64,000 nucleotides of DNA from Bispira polyomma. Its lineage: Eukaryota. This document shows, one piece after another, positions 36,272 through 49,795 of the stretch. Both the position numbers and the translations under genes were made by a program. How positions within the stretch are numbered: position 1 is the stretch's first letter; every line of letters starts with the position of its first letter. Location: NCBI GenBank assembly GCA_965649765.1, contig OZ287750.1, positions 13,764,001-13,828,000 of the forward strand, written 5' to 3'. Under the pieces are notes generated by a model. It did not search any database, was not told where the DNA came from, and saw only the letters and a program-made list of their open reading frames with translations.

Positions 36272-39044
36272 AGAAAGAAGCAAAAGACTGCAGAGCTGCA
36301 GAAAACATCAACCAACGATCTGTACTGGTTTTTCTCCACTAGTTGTAAACTGCTGATATAACACGAATGATTTAAAGGTAATGTTAAATCCAAACTACAC
36401 TAAATGAACTTCTTTGAGCCTAATAAATGGCTGCTTCTGGTTAGCTGACTTAACAATCAGCGTCAGAAATACTAGTAGCATCTAGCAAAAAAAAAAACTA
36501 TAACATTACTCATAATAAAAGGTAGTACAAAATATATAACCCCTTTCTATATATTCGCAGCTTTGCAATTTCTCTGATTGCCAATACACTGCATTTTCAA
36601 GCATAGTTTTAAACAGCAAAATTGTGAAATATGTTTACTTTTTTTTTGTAAAAAAATTATTTCAAACATTCAAACGTATTGCAGTTAATGAGCACATTCT
36701 AATTATTTCTATCTCTGGCTTTAACAAGAAGAAGAAAAAAAACAAAAAAAAACAGTTAGCAGATGAAAATGTTAAGGTGAACGAACACAGCTGTGGAAAT
36801 TGGATAAATAACTGCTACTAAAACTACTCGGGATTATTGACAGGAACTGATTGCTTACAAAAAAAAAAAAAAACTGCCCCTAAAAAAACCCCTCAAACTG
36901 GCAGCTTTAAATCTTCCACGAGTGAAGCCTTATGTTGTTGTTGTGTGTAGTGTAGATTTGTGTATATAAAAAAACAGCTGACAGCTTTCTACACACAAAC
37001 TACTCTAAAACCTACACAGAACCATGGGAAAAAAGGCAGGGAGAGAAGTGGAAGGTAAAAAACATCAGAACTACGGGAAACAAAGAAGTGATTTAAGACT
37101 TTTGCACTGAGAACTTCTAGGAAGATATTGGATTTTTTTGTTGCATGCTCTTTTTTTTTGTCTTCCACTGCCACCTAATGCGGTTTTTTTTAGCTAGAGA
37201 TGCCCAGAAAATTACTCAAAAAAATTTACTCAAAACTTGTGAAATAGTATCATTGTCTTTTTTTAGACAGTAATACCAAGAATGAAGAAATATAGTTCAG
37301 AATGATGTGTTTCAAACCTACTATTGGTAGAAATGTAACTTTAACTGTATTTTAGTTTAGTTGTTGGGGAACAAGAGATGTCCAAATTCTAGATTTGTGT
37401 TTTAAGTGCAATCTTGAGTAAGTGTCTGCATTGCATTTACAGTTACCTATCTAAGAGACGATAAGGAGAAAAATAATCGACAAAGGAAAAACGATGCATG
37501 CACTGGTAAAACCCGAGTAAAAAATGCCTTTGCATCACTTCTGATTACTATCTATCTGGACAGTATAGTGTTTTTTTTTTATGTCAGAAGGGTTTTTTTG
37601 GAACATGAAATCTGCTGGAGATTTAAACATCAGCTTTCTATCTATAGATAAGGTAATGCAGTGATAGTCTTGTCAAGGCTTAACTACCCTTTGTCCTGGA
37701 AATGTAGGAATTTGAGTTTATTGTTTCTAACTATTCAACCTTTGGTTGTATCAGGGCCTATTGACTTAGTATTCTTTGGAAACTTATTCAAAAATGCTAA
37801 TGATTAAACTTATAAAGTACATAATTATACTTTAAACATGAGGTAGACGGAAATGTGTAGTTGCTGGAAGAATTTAAACACTCCACGATTTAACTGGAGG
37901 CCAAGCCTTATGTTTAAGTTAAATGTTTTCTGTATTTGGTAATGTAAATATATTACCATTCATTACCCTGTGTTTCCTGTGTGATGTCTCATCTCAAATC
38001 AATATGGCACTAACCTAAAGTGAATGTAAAACCTAACTGAGGGCTTGCTATTATGTTTCTGTTTACTAGCACTCTTGTAAAATACCTGAAAATGTAGAAA
38101 AGCAATTTGTATTAGTGGATACATTTTACACCTCTAGTCAGGTTGATATACTCTCGTTTGTAAAACTTCCGTTGAAATTTAATTTCACGAATTTTGTAAT
38201 CTTAGCTTTAAGTGTGGGTGAATACCATAACATTGTAATCATTAAGTTAACCAAAACGTTATATTTGTACATTGACAATATATTGTGGATGTATTCTACC
38301 AAACCCAGACATATGAGAAGTTGAGCCATGTGATTCAGAATGTGTAAACAAACTATCAGTTAAGGGTCATCCCATGTCATATGACAGACTGCAAATAGCT
38401 GATTAGTAGATAACTGACTACATCAGGGTATTTCAATGCCTGTGATTTTATAGCCTGTTAAGTTATTATAAATAAAGTATTTTATTTTTAAGGTTTTTGT
38501 ATCCTGATTTATTTAAAGGTGAGTCTTTCTCTGTTGTATGCCGGAAAAAAGGCTTAAAATAATCTCTTCAAACTTGGTTATCCTCATAGTTCCCTACCTT
38601 TACAGCACCACATCCGTCCTTTACAATCTTGGCTTAGTTTTTTAGACTTCTAGATTGGCTAATTGATTCTGTTCCTGTGCTTTAGAAGATGCCTCACATG
38701 AATAAGGGGTGTTCAAAATGAAAAATACAAAAGGTGAAAAGCAATGGACGGCCAAATTTTTGGGCTACCAGGCCGTCAGGATTGGTTGGTGTTGGCTGGT
38801 GGTCGTCTACATTGGGTACATGAAAACACATCGCAAGAAAATAAAGACGTTATATTCTTGGCTGTCAGCCATTGGCTGCTTGGAAACACAGGGTTAGCCT
38901 CTATTGTCATGTAGCCGAAATGCTGATAGCCAACAGCTAATAAGGGGTGAAATTAGTTGTTTCCGACCGACCAAGCATTGGCAGTCAGCCGTAACTCACA
39001 TGAAAAGAGTCTGGCAACAGAGGCTGAGTTTTTTCTCACCTGTG

Positions 39045-39300
39045 ACCGCGGTGGCCTAGTGGTTAGCAACCATTGCGCTTTACAATCACTGGTCTCTCAA
39101 CTCTGGGATTGGCTGGTGTGGGTTCGACTCCTGTTGATGCCTATGTGGGAAAGGTGGTAGCTCCTAATTGTGGACTGCTGGTTTCAGTGCAGAACCTTGA
39201 TCAACTGTATGCAGTGTTTCCTCCAGCATTTCCAACTACCCTTTCCAATGTAACCTAAAAAGGTACTACAGTGGACGTTAAATGTCCTAATTAAAAAAAA
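39045..39300 (+). mobile_element. tRNA-SINE family C (V-SINE-like)
   Basis: tggcctagtgg and ggttcgactcc boxes; near-identical to 22338-22590. Confidence 0.85.
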
Positions 39301-40044
39301 AAAAAAAAAATTCACCTGTGACCAAATGTGTGACATAATCCCTTTGGAACACAGATGACTTGGGGAATTCAACTATAATTCATGAGCAATCTTCAAACTA
39401 TCTCCCTCTTGTCTTTTAAAGTCTTCCTATGTCGTAAACGGTCAGCATTGAATGTGTGTTGTCGCTTAAAGTTAAAATTGGCAAGGCAGAATTTGAACAT
39501 GTCTTATCCCTGTCTGGTTATAGGTCTTAAGTTGGTCCGTTCAAAGTCTTGCAATTGATGCTTTAGTCTCAGCAATGACGTGTCAATGACGCAAAGAGCT
39601 GTCTTAATTCATGGCAGTTTTGGGTCGAAACTATGGCTTGGGTGTCAAAGCTAGTCCTGAACGATGATTTCTTACTGTCTTTTTAATGTCCCTGAAAAGG
39701 AAAAAAATAAATATTTGACGAGAGCTGCCATGCCAACTCACTAAGTTTCGCAAAGCTTATATCTTCTAAGTGGACGTTTCCATCTGGGCAATTTCCTGAG
39801 ATGGTGGAAACATAGACTTACTGTCTCCAACCAAACTCATCAACGTGGGATGGGGCTGCATTCGAAATGGCCAGACATACCAAGTCTAGCAGACCACTTT
39901 ACTTTCCAATACTACACGTATATATTACCCCATTGTGGGTAGAGTACTATATGGTTCTACTTTGAATACATATACACACTCCTCTTCTACACTAAGCCTA
40001 CGTTTCCTTTCAGCACATTCCGACGTTGTGCTTTCTTTCATCCG

Positions 40045-40427
40045 ATATACACTCAATATTCGTCGGATGTTGACTTAAAAAATGGCATGAGAAAGCTTAC
40101 TTTATTGTGATTACTGTGCGTTTCTCTCCAACAAAATTCGTTAAGAAACAGCTGCGATATATACTGTTAAATAAGGGTGCCAATTTGCCCATTTTTACTT
40201 TCTGGTGTCTAAACTGTGACGTAGCTACAAAACTATCGTCATTATGATGTAGCTCTGATGTATTATACGCAGTAGAAGGGCAAGCTAAAAGGGGTACTTG
40301 TTTATATACTTAAATATCCGAGCCGTTTCTCAACGGATTTTATTGGGAAAAAACACAGTAATCACAACAAAATAAGGTTTCTCATGCCATTTTCAAAGTC
40401 AAAATCTGACGAATATTGAGTGTATAT
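40045..40427. mobile_element. Tc1/mariner-like MITE with ~75-bp TIRs
   Basis: atatacactcaatattcgtcgga..gattactgtg / cacagtaatc..tctgacgaatattgagtgtatat, with TA at the termini. Confidence 0.8.
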
Positions 40428-41889
40428 AGTATGAAAACTATACTTATATCACAGTGTATCTGTCCAGTTTTGCTTCAAAATCGGACAGTCCTCCCGATTT
40501 TTCCCCTCCCTGACAGATAAAATATGTTGGCCAAACAGACGTCGGCCGACGTATGATCTGATCTGTTGCAAATATGCTGAAAGGAAGCACTTGGTAGTAT
40601 TATGTGATGAGGGAAAAAATCGACCGAAGTCGGCCGACGTCGGCCGAGATAAACATGCTGAAAGGTAGCGTAGGCTAACATCAGCCCCATTCTCCAGGCC
40701 TTTCGGCCCAATGCTGCTTGTTGTTGCTCTAGTTCACATTTATTCTACATGTTTCTTGTTTGCTCATCCTCTCAAACTTTTGTTCTTCCATTATTCTGTG
40801 GCTACAAAAAACAAAACAAAAAAAAAACTGTAACTAACAGGCAAATGTTCTTCTGTTAATGATTTACAGGATGCCATATTAAAAAAAATATATGTATGTA
40901 TACAGCAGAATACAGTTGTTTGTAGAAAGTAGCCTTGCCAAGGCTGTAACAGAGCTTGGTATGGCTATTGTTACCTCTGCCAAAGAGGTTATGTTTTTTC
41001 CCTGTCTGTTTGTTGAATAATCTGTAAGGCTTAAAAACTTATTAATTAAAAAACTATTATTACCTGAAAATTGATATTGTCTGTTTCCTATTCCCACTGG
41101 CCAGAAAATCAGGCCGAATCATGTAAAACCTTGAGCTACTTTGTAGGTGCTTGGTAGGGATCCAGATACGGACCCGCCAAACATTTGAAATAAAATCCGT
41201 ATACATTTTATATGGACCGGTTTGGCGGATCTGTATTCTGCATGAACACCCATACTGTTTTATTTGTATTCAAATTGTTGGGATCTGCAATACTGATCCG
41301 GTGTAGCGCCAGATTTTTACTCCCCTTTTTTTTTCTTGGGGGGTGTGAATTTGGCAAGGGAGGTGCCATATTTTCACCCCCCTTGCCAAATTTTTACTCC
41401 CCAAATCACAATGGCCATATAGGCATAAGACAAACTATTATTGATCAATAGCAGGTAAGACTGTGGTATATTGGTTTTCATTTATGTATGATGGCAAATT
41501 CATCTAGGTAGCGACCCTATTATTATAATTTTTTAACATGTTTGAGATTTATAGTTTTTTTATTAGTTTGGTTAAACATTAACAAAATTTAGGAAATCCA
41601 AATTTTGAAAGAATTGAAGATATAGAATATCAATATAAATTGGGAATTTTACCATTTTCACAAACTAGTACAGTTTTACACCTATTTTTATACACACATT
41701 GAATTGGAATATTCTATTTAAACTGACATATAAGCCTTAAGGTGAATATTACATTTAATAATACATCTGAAGCTTTGTATATCTGTATATGTAAAACACA
41801 ATGTCAGTATAATTAAGTAATTTATCTATTTACATATACAATACACATACATAAATCTTTAAAGTTAACTAGGTTACTACATAATTGGC

Positions 41890-42460
41890 CTCTCATTGCG
41901 GTATACACCACAAAGCTGAATTGATCACTTAATAACTGAAAGTGGCTTCCCATACTGAAACTCATCAGTACCTTGATTGTTTAAAGAAAACTGGATTACT
42001 AGAGAATTGGATGTGGCTTGTCACAGTGAAAGTCATCAGTACCTTGATTATTTGATTAACTAGTTTACTAGATGATGGGATGTGGCTCCTCATTTTGGTA
42101 TATACTACCACAAAGCTGGCTTGATTACTCATTAACTGAATGTGGCTTCTCATTGTGAAAGTCATCAGTACCTTTATTACTTGATTAACTGGATTTCTAG
42201 AGGATTGGATGTGACTTGTCATAGTGAAAGTCATCAGTACCTAGGTTATTTGACTAACTGGATTATTAGATGATTAGATGTGGCTCCTCATTATTGTAAA
42301 TACTACCACAAAGCTGGCTTGATTACTTAGTAACTGAATGTGCTTATCATTGTGAAAGTTATCAGTACCTTGATGACTTGATTGCAAGTGGCTTCACATC
42401 ATATAATTAACCAGCATTAGGTTTACTTGATTACTTCACTAAATGTGGTTTCTCATAGTG
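41890..42460. repeat. degenerate tandem repeat (~65-70-bp subunits, ~198-bp higher period)
   Basis: gaaagtcatcagtacc near 41957, 42028, 42157, 42226 and 42355; accacaaagctg near 41907, 42106 and 42305. Confidence 0.75.
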
Positions 42461-44007
42461 TGTTAAACAATTTCTGATGGTAACTTCAAGAAATACCCTT
42501 TGAAATTATCTTGATAGTGGCTTCTCTTGAGAACTGGACAACCTTAAGTGTATATAAAGAGGTGCTGTAAAAGTTAACTTCATTATATATTTGATGTGTT
42601 GTTAGTTAATGAAAGACTTGTATGAAGTGTTTTTTTTATTCAATTTAAGTATCACTGTCTGAATTGTTCATGCAATAATTTAATTATCCAAGTCATCCCA
42701 TGCCATATCAACAATAAACCAGTATTTGTTTTACAATCAAAATTTTAATAATTTTTTTATTGATCTTAAAAAAGTTTTGTGAGTTTTATTAATAAAGTTT
42801 TATTGTCTATTTCTAATGCCTATCAATCCCCCAAATATGAATGACAGTTTCCCCACATAACCTGTAAATCAATGCACTTAATTAATATTCACCTGATTGT
42901 AATTGAATGCAAGAGCAAGTCAGTGGTAATCAGTGTAATTGGATTAATCTTGATAAAATCACCCAAGGGGGGCAGTTTCTGGCAGGGGGGGGTCTGTATT
43001 TGGCAAGTGGGCTGCCATATTTTCCCCCCTTTAATCATCCTATTGTTGGGGGGTGCAAAATTTGTTTGCCAAATACACACCCCCCCCCCCCCCCAAAAAA
43101 AAAAAAAAAAAGATTAAAGAGAGGAGTAAAAATATGGCAGGGAGTGATTTTATGTCGTTACACCGGCCTGTGTAAATGGATCTTTAGGGTACAGAGCTTT
43201 GCGTTTGCAGCATAGTTTATATAGTTTCTACGCAATGCAATGTAATTTATGCAACACATTGCCTAAGTTTATGTCCTGTATTTATATATGTATGCTTTGG
43301 CCTAGGGCTGTCTTATTAGTTTTAAGATATAGCAGTATCATAAAGAAGTTGCTGAACCAATTTTAGCTAAATTTTGTTGAAGACTAGCACATGGGCATTA
43401 CATCATTAGCGCAGACCCGGATAAAGACCCGGATATTGTGTACTTTAACTAGTATTTACTTTATACGCCTAAATCTACTGGGAAATATTGGTGCTTTGGT
43501 CAAATCAGTCTTTCAGCTACTGTTACTTGTTCATATGCTATCCGGTGGACAACTTTAAAGGGCCGAGATATGCGTTTACTTCCAGCACAGACAATTTTGA
43601 TTTTGTATCTCATGGCGGAGAATTGCACTCAATTAATTGGGTGGATTTGTTATTAACGTAATTATTATTTCGTGCATGCTTGGTTTTCTCAAGTTGGGTT
43701 TGTATGTACACCTTCTTCTCAGACAGTTCCTACAATAAAATAGAAATAAAACGAGAGAGCGATGCATTCAACAAGTTTTTTGTCTTACGTTTGCTTCCAA
43801 AGGATGACAAGATAGGAACAACATGAATTTCAAAATGCATACGTCAAACATTTTTTGTCAACTTGGAGATGTACCAGTTATATTATGTTACCCCTTCACA
43901 GCCAGGCACATTGGGCAGTAGACTTACTGAAGGCTGGTGGTTTGCAAAGTAAAAGAACCATAACCAACTAGCTTGCTCAGATTTCCTCCACTATACCTAA
44001 AAATTGT

Positions 44008-44099
44008 GTGGTCTCTGTGGCCGAGTGGTTAGGGTGTGTGACTTTAGATCTATGGGTTCAGGTTCTATCCTCTCTGCTGGCCTGGTGATTGTATCCTTG
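44008..44099 (+). mobile_element. tRNA-derived SINE head
   Basis: gtggccgagtggttag (A box) .. ggttctatcc (B box) .. ttgtatccttg. Confidence 0.6.
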
Positions 44100-44763
44100 T
44101 AACCTGACCAATTTAATAGCCCTGACCCATTTGTAGCCCTGTAACCTGACCCATTTAATAGCCCTGTAACCTGAACCATTTAATAGCCCTGTAACCTGAC
44201 CCATTTGTAGCCCAGTAACCTGACCCATTTGTAGCCCTGTAACCTCACCCATTTGTAGCCCTGTAACCTGACCTATTTGATAGCCCTGTATTCTGACCCA
44301 TTTGATAGCCCTGTAACCTGACCCATTTGATAGCCCTGTAACCTGAACCATTTAATAGCCCTGTAACCTGACCCATTTGTAGCCCAGTAACCTGACCCAT
44401 TTGTAGCCCTGTAACCTGACCCATTTGTAGCCCTGTAACCTCACCCATTTGTAGCCCTGTAACCTCACCCATTTGTAGCCCTGTAACCTGACCTATTTGA
44501 TAGCCCTGTATTCTGACCCATTTGATAGCCCTGTAACCTGTCCCATTTGTAGCCCTGTAACCTGACCCATTTGATAGCCCTGTAACCTGACCCATTTGAT
44601 AGCCCTGTAACCTGAACCATTTGTAGCCCTGTAACCTGACCCATTTGTAGCCCAGTAACCTGACCCATTTGATAGCCCTGTAACCTGACCCATTTGATAG
44701 CCCTGTAACCTGTCCCATTTGATAGCCCTTTAACCTGACCCATTTCTAGCCCTGTAACCATTT
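44095..44763. repeat. 24/25-bp minisatellite (ccctgtaacctgacccatttg[a]tag), ~27 copies
   Basis: Directly visible tandem units. They explain the repetitive ORFs in the track. Confidence 0.95.
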
Positions 44764-44765
44764 GA

Positions 44766-44975
44766 GTGCCTGTAGTGGTCTAATGGTTAGAAGCATTAGG
44801 ATCACAATCAATGGCCTCTCGCCAATGTGGGATTGAATCCCGTTTGTTCCTTTAGGCAGCAAAGTACTTGCCACAGGTATGTAGTTTACAATGCTCTGGC
44901 ACTGGTTTTGTCCACCATTGAAGCTGACCCTTGTGATATGACCCAAGCTGTTAAAAGTGATGTAAACCCCAAGGA
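44766..44975 (+). mobile_element. tRNA-SINE (V-like family D)
   Basis: gtggtctaatggttag, gggattgaatccc, ctggttttgtccacc, and a gatatgacccaagctgttaaaagtgatgtaaacc tail. Confidence 0.7.
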
Positions 44976-46077
44976 AAATTTTCAAACCACCCAACAAAAC
45001 CTGATCCATTTTGATATAGCCTTGTCAAGGCTAGCTAACTTCCATGCAGGAAGAAGAAGCAATTCCATTCACCTTCCGCAGACAGGAGATGAGACTGACA
45101 TTTGTCTCTAAGAGAGGTAAATGAACACACACACACACACACACACACATAACAGGCCGAGGCTGTAGTTATAGAGGAGTCACACGGTAAAACTGGAAAA
45201 AACTGCCCTCACCCCCCTCCTCCCCCAGGCATGTGTGATGCACATAGTCCGTTGACACGTTATCAATATAGAACGTCCAAACCATCTGGTAAAATGTGAA
45301 GTATAACAATATACCAAACAGACTTAGCCAAGCAGTCCCAGAGAAGTAAAACATATGTTTGGAATTTTTAAGCTGACCTAAACCCTATTGCCCAGCACCA
45401 TCATTAAAACGTATTTGAATTCATTTCCAACGGGGTTTCAAAATACTTTGAAACTGATATCCGACCTGACTGTATTATTAAGGGGTTTTCAGCATTTAGT
45501 AAGTCAAATTGAAGGTTGTTTTTTTTTTTAGTAATTAATCTAATTTCATCCTAAATGTGACCCAATTTGGGCCCAACTAGAGATTTAATTGGGTAAATAC
45601 TTCTAGTAATAGGCTTACTGAAAGAGTGTATCATGTTTTGTGTTTTATAGCATTATTTGTCATTGTTTACTATAGTTCAAAATCCCGGAAGACAATTTAG
45701 CATTTTAAAACTTTACTCTGTGACATTCCACACAGCAGTATAGAAACTAATACATGTTATTATAGTAAATTTCCTGTTACCAAATATTAGTTTGTATTCA
45801 GTTTATTTTTTGAAAAAGCAAAATTCTAGGACAGAAAGAAATGCTGAAATTCCGGTCTTGACAGCTGTGTTAAAAATTTAATCACAGAGAAACAGAACGT
45901 TTCCAATGTAAACCTATGATAGGTTTAGGCAACTTTAATTAATTACAAAAGCAAAAAAAAAAAGAAGAAGAATGTTTCTGGCTAACTAATAGGTTATGGT
46001 GTACTTTAAGTTATATGCTATTTATTTTCGGTCCATGGGACTATCCATGGGACTATAATAACATTAGTTAGAAATAC

Positions 46078-47210
46078 AAGGTGCTCGGATTTTATATCTG
46101 ATCATGCAGTTGTTTCATGTGATGTTAACATAATACCTCAAACTAAATCAGTCGAGCGTACTGTCAGTTTCAGGTGTTATCACCATATTGACATGTGCAA
46201 ACTAAAGTTTGACCTGTCTACCATTCCCTTTGTCACAGACCCTTGTAAAAATGCTACTGACTTGTATAATAAATACATCAGTGACCTTAAACTATTACTT
46301 GACAAACATGCCCCAGGTAAAACTAGATTACTAAAAAAACCAGCACCAAAATGGGTTATTGAAGCATACCGTACAGCGAAAGCACTGCGCCGTCAATATG
46401 AAAGAGCCTGGAGAAAAGAGAAAAGTCCACTAAACAAACTAGATTAAGGAAACAGGTTGCATGGTGCAATAAATTGTTAAATAAAGCAAAAGGAGATCAC
46501 TACAAATCAGTCATTGAAGAAAATTTACAAAACGGGCGAAAGCTCTGGCAAGAGAGTCCTCCATACCACACCTGAGTCCATCCTTCCAGCATTCAAATCA
46601 GGAAAATCTCTAGCAGAAAAATTTGGGGTTTTCTTCAGTGAAGACATTAAAAATATCAGAAACATGTTCTCTGGCTCAAATACATGTTACATTCCCCCTA
46701 CCAGACCTCCAACGAATTTCTCTGGCTTTACCCAAGTTTCACAAGATGATGTCCTAAAAACTATAAATGAATCCCCTACTAAAACCTGTATGTTAGACCC
46801 CTGGCCAACTTTCCTGGTGAAGGAATGAGTTGATATACTCCTACCCTCTATCACCAGACTTGTCAACCACTCTCTTGCAGAGGGTATATTGTACCTGATA
46901 AATTTAAACAGGCTGTAGTAACTCCCCTTATAAAGAAACCATCGTTACCAAAAAATGACCTTAAGAATTATAGGCCAGTATCAGGCCTAAGTTTCATCTC
47001 CAAGCTAGTAGAAAGAATTGTTGCAAAACAAATAACGGAACATATCAACAAAAATGGTTTAGGTAATCCCCTAATTCACCCGGTGTCTCCATGGTGCTGA
47101 CCCATGCTTGTCTAACGGAAATGCAAATTGAATAAGGATACTGTCCTGTGCCTTAGAATCTCCTGAGAAGGAGAGATTAAGTACTATAAAAGTTAGATTA
47201 GATTAGATCA
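46078..47210 (+). mobile_element. internally deleted L2-clade LINE relic (EN C-terminus and RT N-terminus fused to 3' UTR)
   Basis: ISDHAVVSC..KHAP..KTCMLDPWPT..FKQAVVTPLIKKPSL..KNYRPVSGLSFISKLVERIV with stops and frameshifts. A 3' UTR homologous to that of 34688-34845 follows, then a (gatta)n tail. Confidence 0.9.
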
Positions 47211-48826
47211 TATTTTAAAACATGCAATGAGTTGGATTGGGAGACTGTAAAAGTGGAACAAGAATTGCACCCTGAACAGTTAAAGTACAGGACCACCACT
47301 CTAAAAAGGCAGTTATTTGATCCAGAAAAAAAGAATTACACCCTGGAAAATCCTTATCTGGACAAGTTTTAATCCATACCTTGCCCCCCATATGGATCAG
47401 CCGGTATGATAGATAGAAAGACATGTGACAAAACCATCTGATACTACCTACCATACTGCCAATGTGTGAACATGGCATTATAAACGGTTAGGGACCACAA
47501 CCATCACTCTATCAAGGCAGTTATTTTACCTATGCATCTGTTCAGAGATGTGGAAATAAAATAATTTGATACCTGCATCACTTCCCCCAACTAAACAAAT
47601 ATGGACTCTGTTATTTTGTACTTACACCCTTTAAAGTCCATATAACCTATAAAAATGGTTTGTGTTTTCTTCCCCTTTTTCTTTTAAACCCAGTTCTTGT
47701 TTCAGTGACAGATGGGTTACCCACAGACACAGCTAAGTAAACACAGTGTGTACAAACTAAGTATTCTCCTGGCCTCAGGCATGCTTACTCATGTTCCATG
47801 TATAGGTTTCTCTTCTTTTTTTAGGAATCCAGGTATATCTTATGTAGACTGTATGCTTGGCTCTCGTTTTTAAAAAAAAAAAAAAAAAACCTCACTAAAA
47901 ATAAACTATAAAAATATTCTCCTTGGAATGTCATATACCATTCATCAAGAATTTAGCCATATCATGGCGACATATTTATTTTCCCAAAATTACAATATTT
48001 TAAATCTTCGTAACTTTACAGGATGCTGTAACATTAACTTCTCATGTCTAACAACTATTTATACATTGCACCATATATTTAAAATATTTTATCCAACTCT
48101 TTTCAATACCTGCTACGATATCCAGTTGACCGATGTTCACATTTAAGAGTTCATTGTAACTACAACTGAAATACAATACTGTCTACTGTGGCAAATGCCT
48201 TAGTAAGCAGTAGGACAGACTATAGTCAGATAGACCATGAGACAAAGTTATGCAGCTCACTTAATTAATAATTTCTCACAGTCAGTTGTAGAGTAGCCTA
48301 GTACAAGGCTTACTTTTACTGGTTCCTACATTTTTATAATTTGAATGTTATTAATTTTCTGTACACATTTGTAACTTCTAATACACCTGGAGACAGGCAG
48401 GCATATGCCCCAATAAAACTATGCATGCTATTGTTTAAGTATGTGACATTTAAATGCCGTGGAGCAGACATGTGTGCAAAATGAGTGTGCATATATATCG
48501 AGGGGGCACTAGGTAAAAATAGTTCTGATTTGAGAAATACTTCTGAGTAGGTGGAGTTCCCATATCAATAATTAACTCTTTATTTTAAAAGTCCTGGAAT
48601 TAGTTCAAATGTTCCCAATAGACTGCCACATCATAATTAGTTTTACTGCTAAGAAAGTAGCCTTTCCTTGAAGCATCTTCCCCCAAATCATATGATATGT
48701 TTTTCCTGTAACAGATGATAAAGTGTCATAAAAAAATGGTTTAACTTAATGTCGTTTCACAAACACAAACTTAAAGTTTTGTTTATTGTCTTCTATGCAA
48801 ACGAAAATTTCCAGAAACTCTTCAAA

Positions 48827-49230
48827 CGGACCTCGGTGGTGTGGTGGTAATACACTCACCTTTCACCTCTGCAGTGATAGGGTCGATCTTTATCCTGGAA
48901 TTGTATATGGGAAAGTTTGTCAGTTGACTTGGTGCAGGGCAGTGGTTTACAGAACAGAAAATCTTGATAAACTACCCCTGTTCTAATATCTTCCACCAAT
49001 GAACTACCAGTTTTTAAGTCAACTGACGAAGCCACTGACTTATGCCCATGGGTGTGCGTCCGTGTCAACAGCTTCTTCTCCAAAACCACAGGGAATACAG
49101 ACTTCCTGATTTTTTTAACAGGTACCTTGGGGCCTGTGGATGAAATTTTTTTCATGGCATCCAAATCAGGTTATTACCTGGTTGATATTACGTGCACGAT
49201 GTTTTCTAAGTGATGTTCAACCCAAACTAA
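48827..49230 (+). mobile_element. diverged V-like SINE, apparently interrupted by a HINE-like fragment (~49020-49190)
   Basis: ggtggtgtggtggt..ggtcgatc..gggaaagtttgtcagtt..gtggtttacag..aatcttgat; the insert carries the gcgtccgtgtcaacagcttcttctccaaaacc motif. Confidence 0.45.
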
Positions 49231-49304
49231 AGAAAACCATGAACTATGTTTTATTAAAACATGGGTTTTCTATCAGTTTGGGTTGCATGTTTTTTTTTTT
49301 CTTT

Positions 49305-49492
49305 CTGTAGTTAACACACACGCCTTACAACTTTGAGATCATGGGTTTAAATCTCGTCGGCAGCTTTAATGTGGGAAAAATTGGCAGTTGCTTGCCAATG
49401 TCTGGTGGTTTATAGTGCAGAATCTTGACCAAATAGTATGCACTGCTTTCCCCTATACAATGTGTTGAAAGCAACCCCAATCAATCAATCAA
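49305..49492 (+). mobile_element. diverged V-like SINE
   Basis: gggtttaaatctc, ggtggtttatagtgcagaatcttgacc, gttgaaagc and an (aatc)n tail. Confidence 0.55.
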
Positions 49493-49552
49493 AACATTAT
49501 AAAACTGATGTCTCGACTTTTTGGGTCAATTTTGCGTCTTCATGAAAATAAG

Positions 49553-49795
49553 AGGGGCCGTGGTGGTATAGTCGTTAGCAAGCATTGGTCTCTCACCTCT
49601 GGGATCGGCTTGCGTGGATTCGACTCCCTTCGATGCCTATGTGAGAAAGGTGGTAGTTTCTTACTGTGGGCCGCTAGTTTCAGTGCAGAACCTTGATCAA
49701 CTGTATGCAATGTTTCCTCTAGCACTTCCAACTACCCGTCCCAATATAACCTAAGCAGGTAGTAGAATGGACGTTAAATATCCAAATTCAAAATT
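49553..49795 (+). mobile_element. tRNA-SINE family C
   Basis: Matches the 22338 and 39045 copies, including the tail ggacgttaaatatccaaattcaaa. Confidence 0.85.

Noticed and set aside
43997-44761. Repetitive ORFs (MGQVTGLQ)n
   Set aside because: Translations of a 24/25-bp minisatellite. The mixed unit lengths shift the frame and there are no convincing splice signals.
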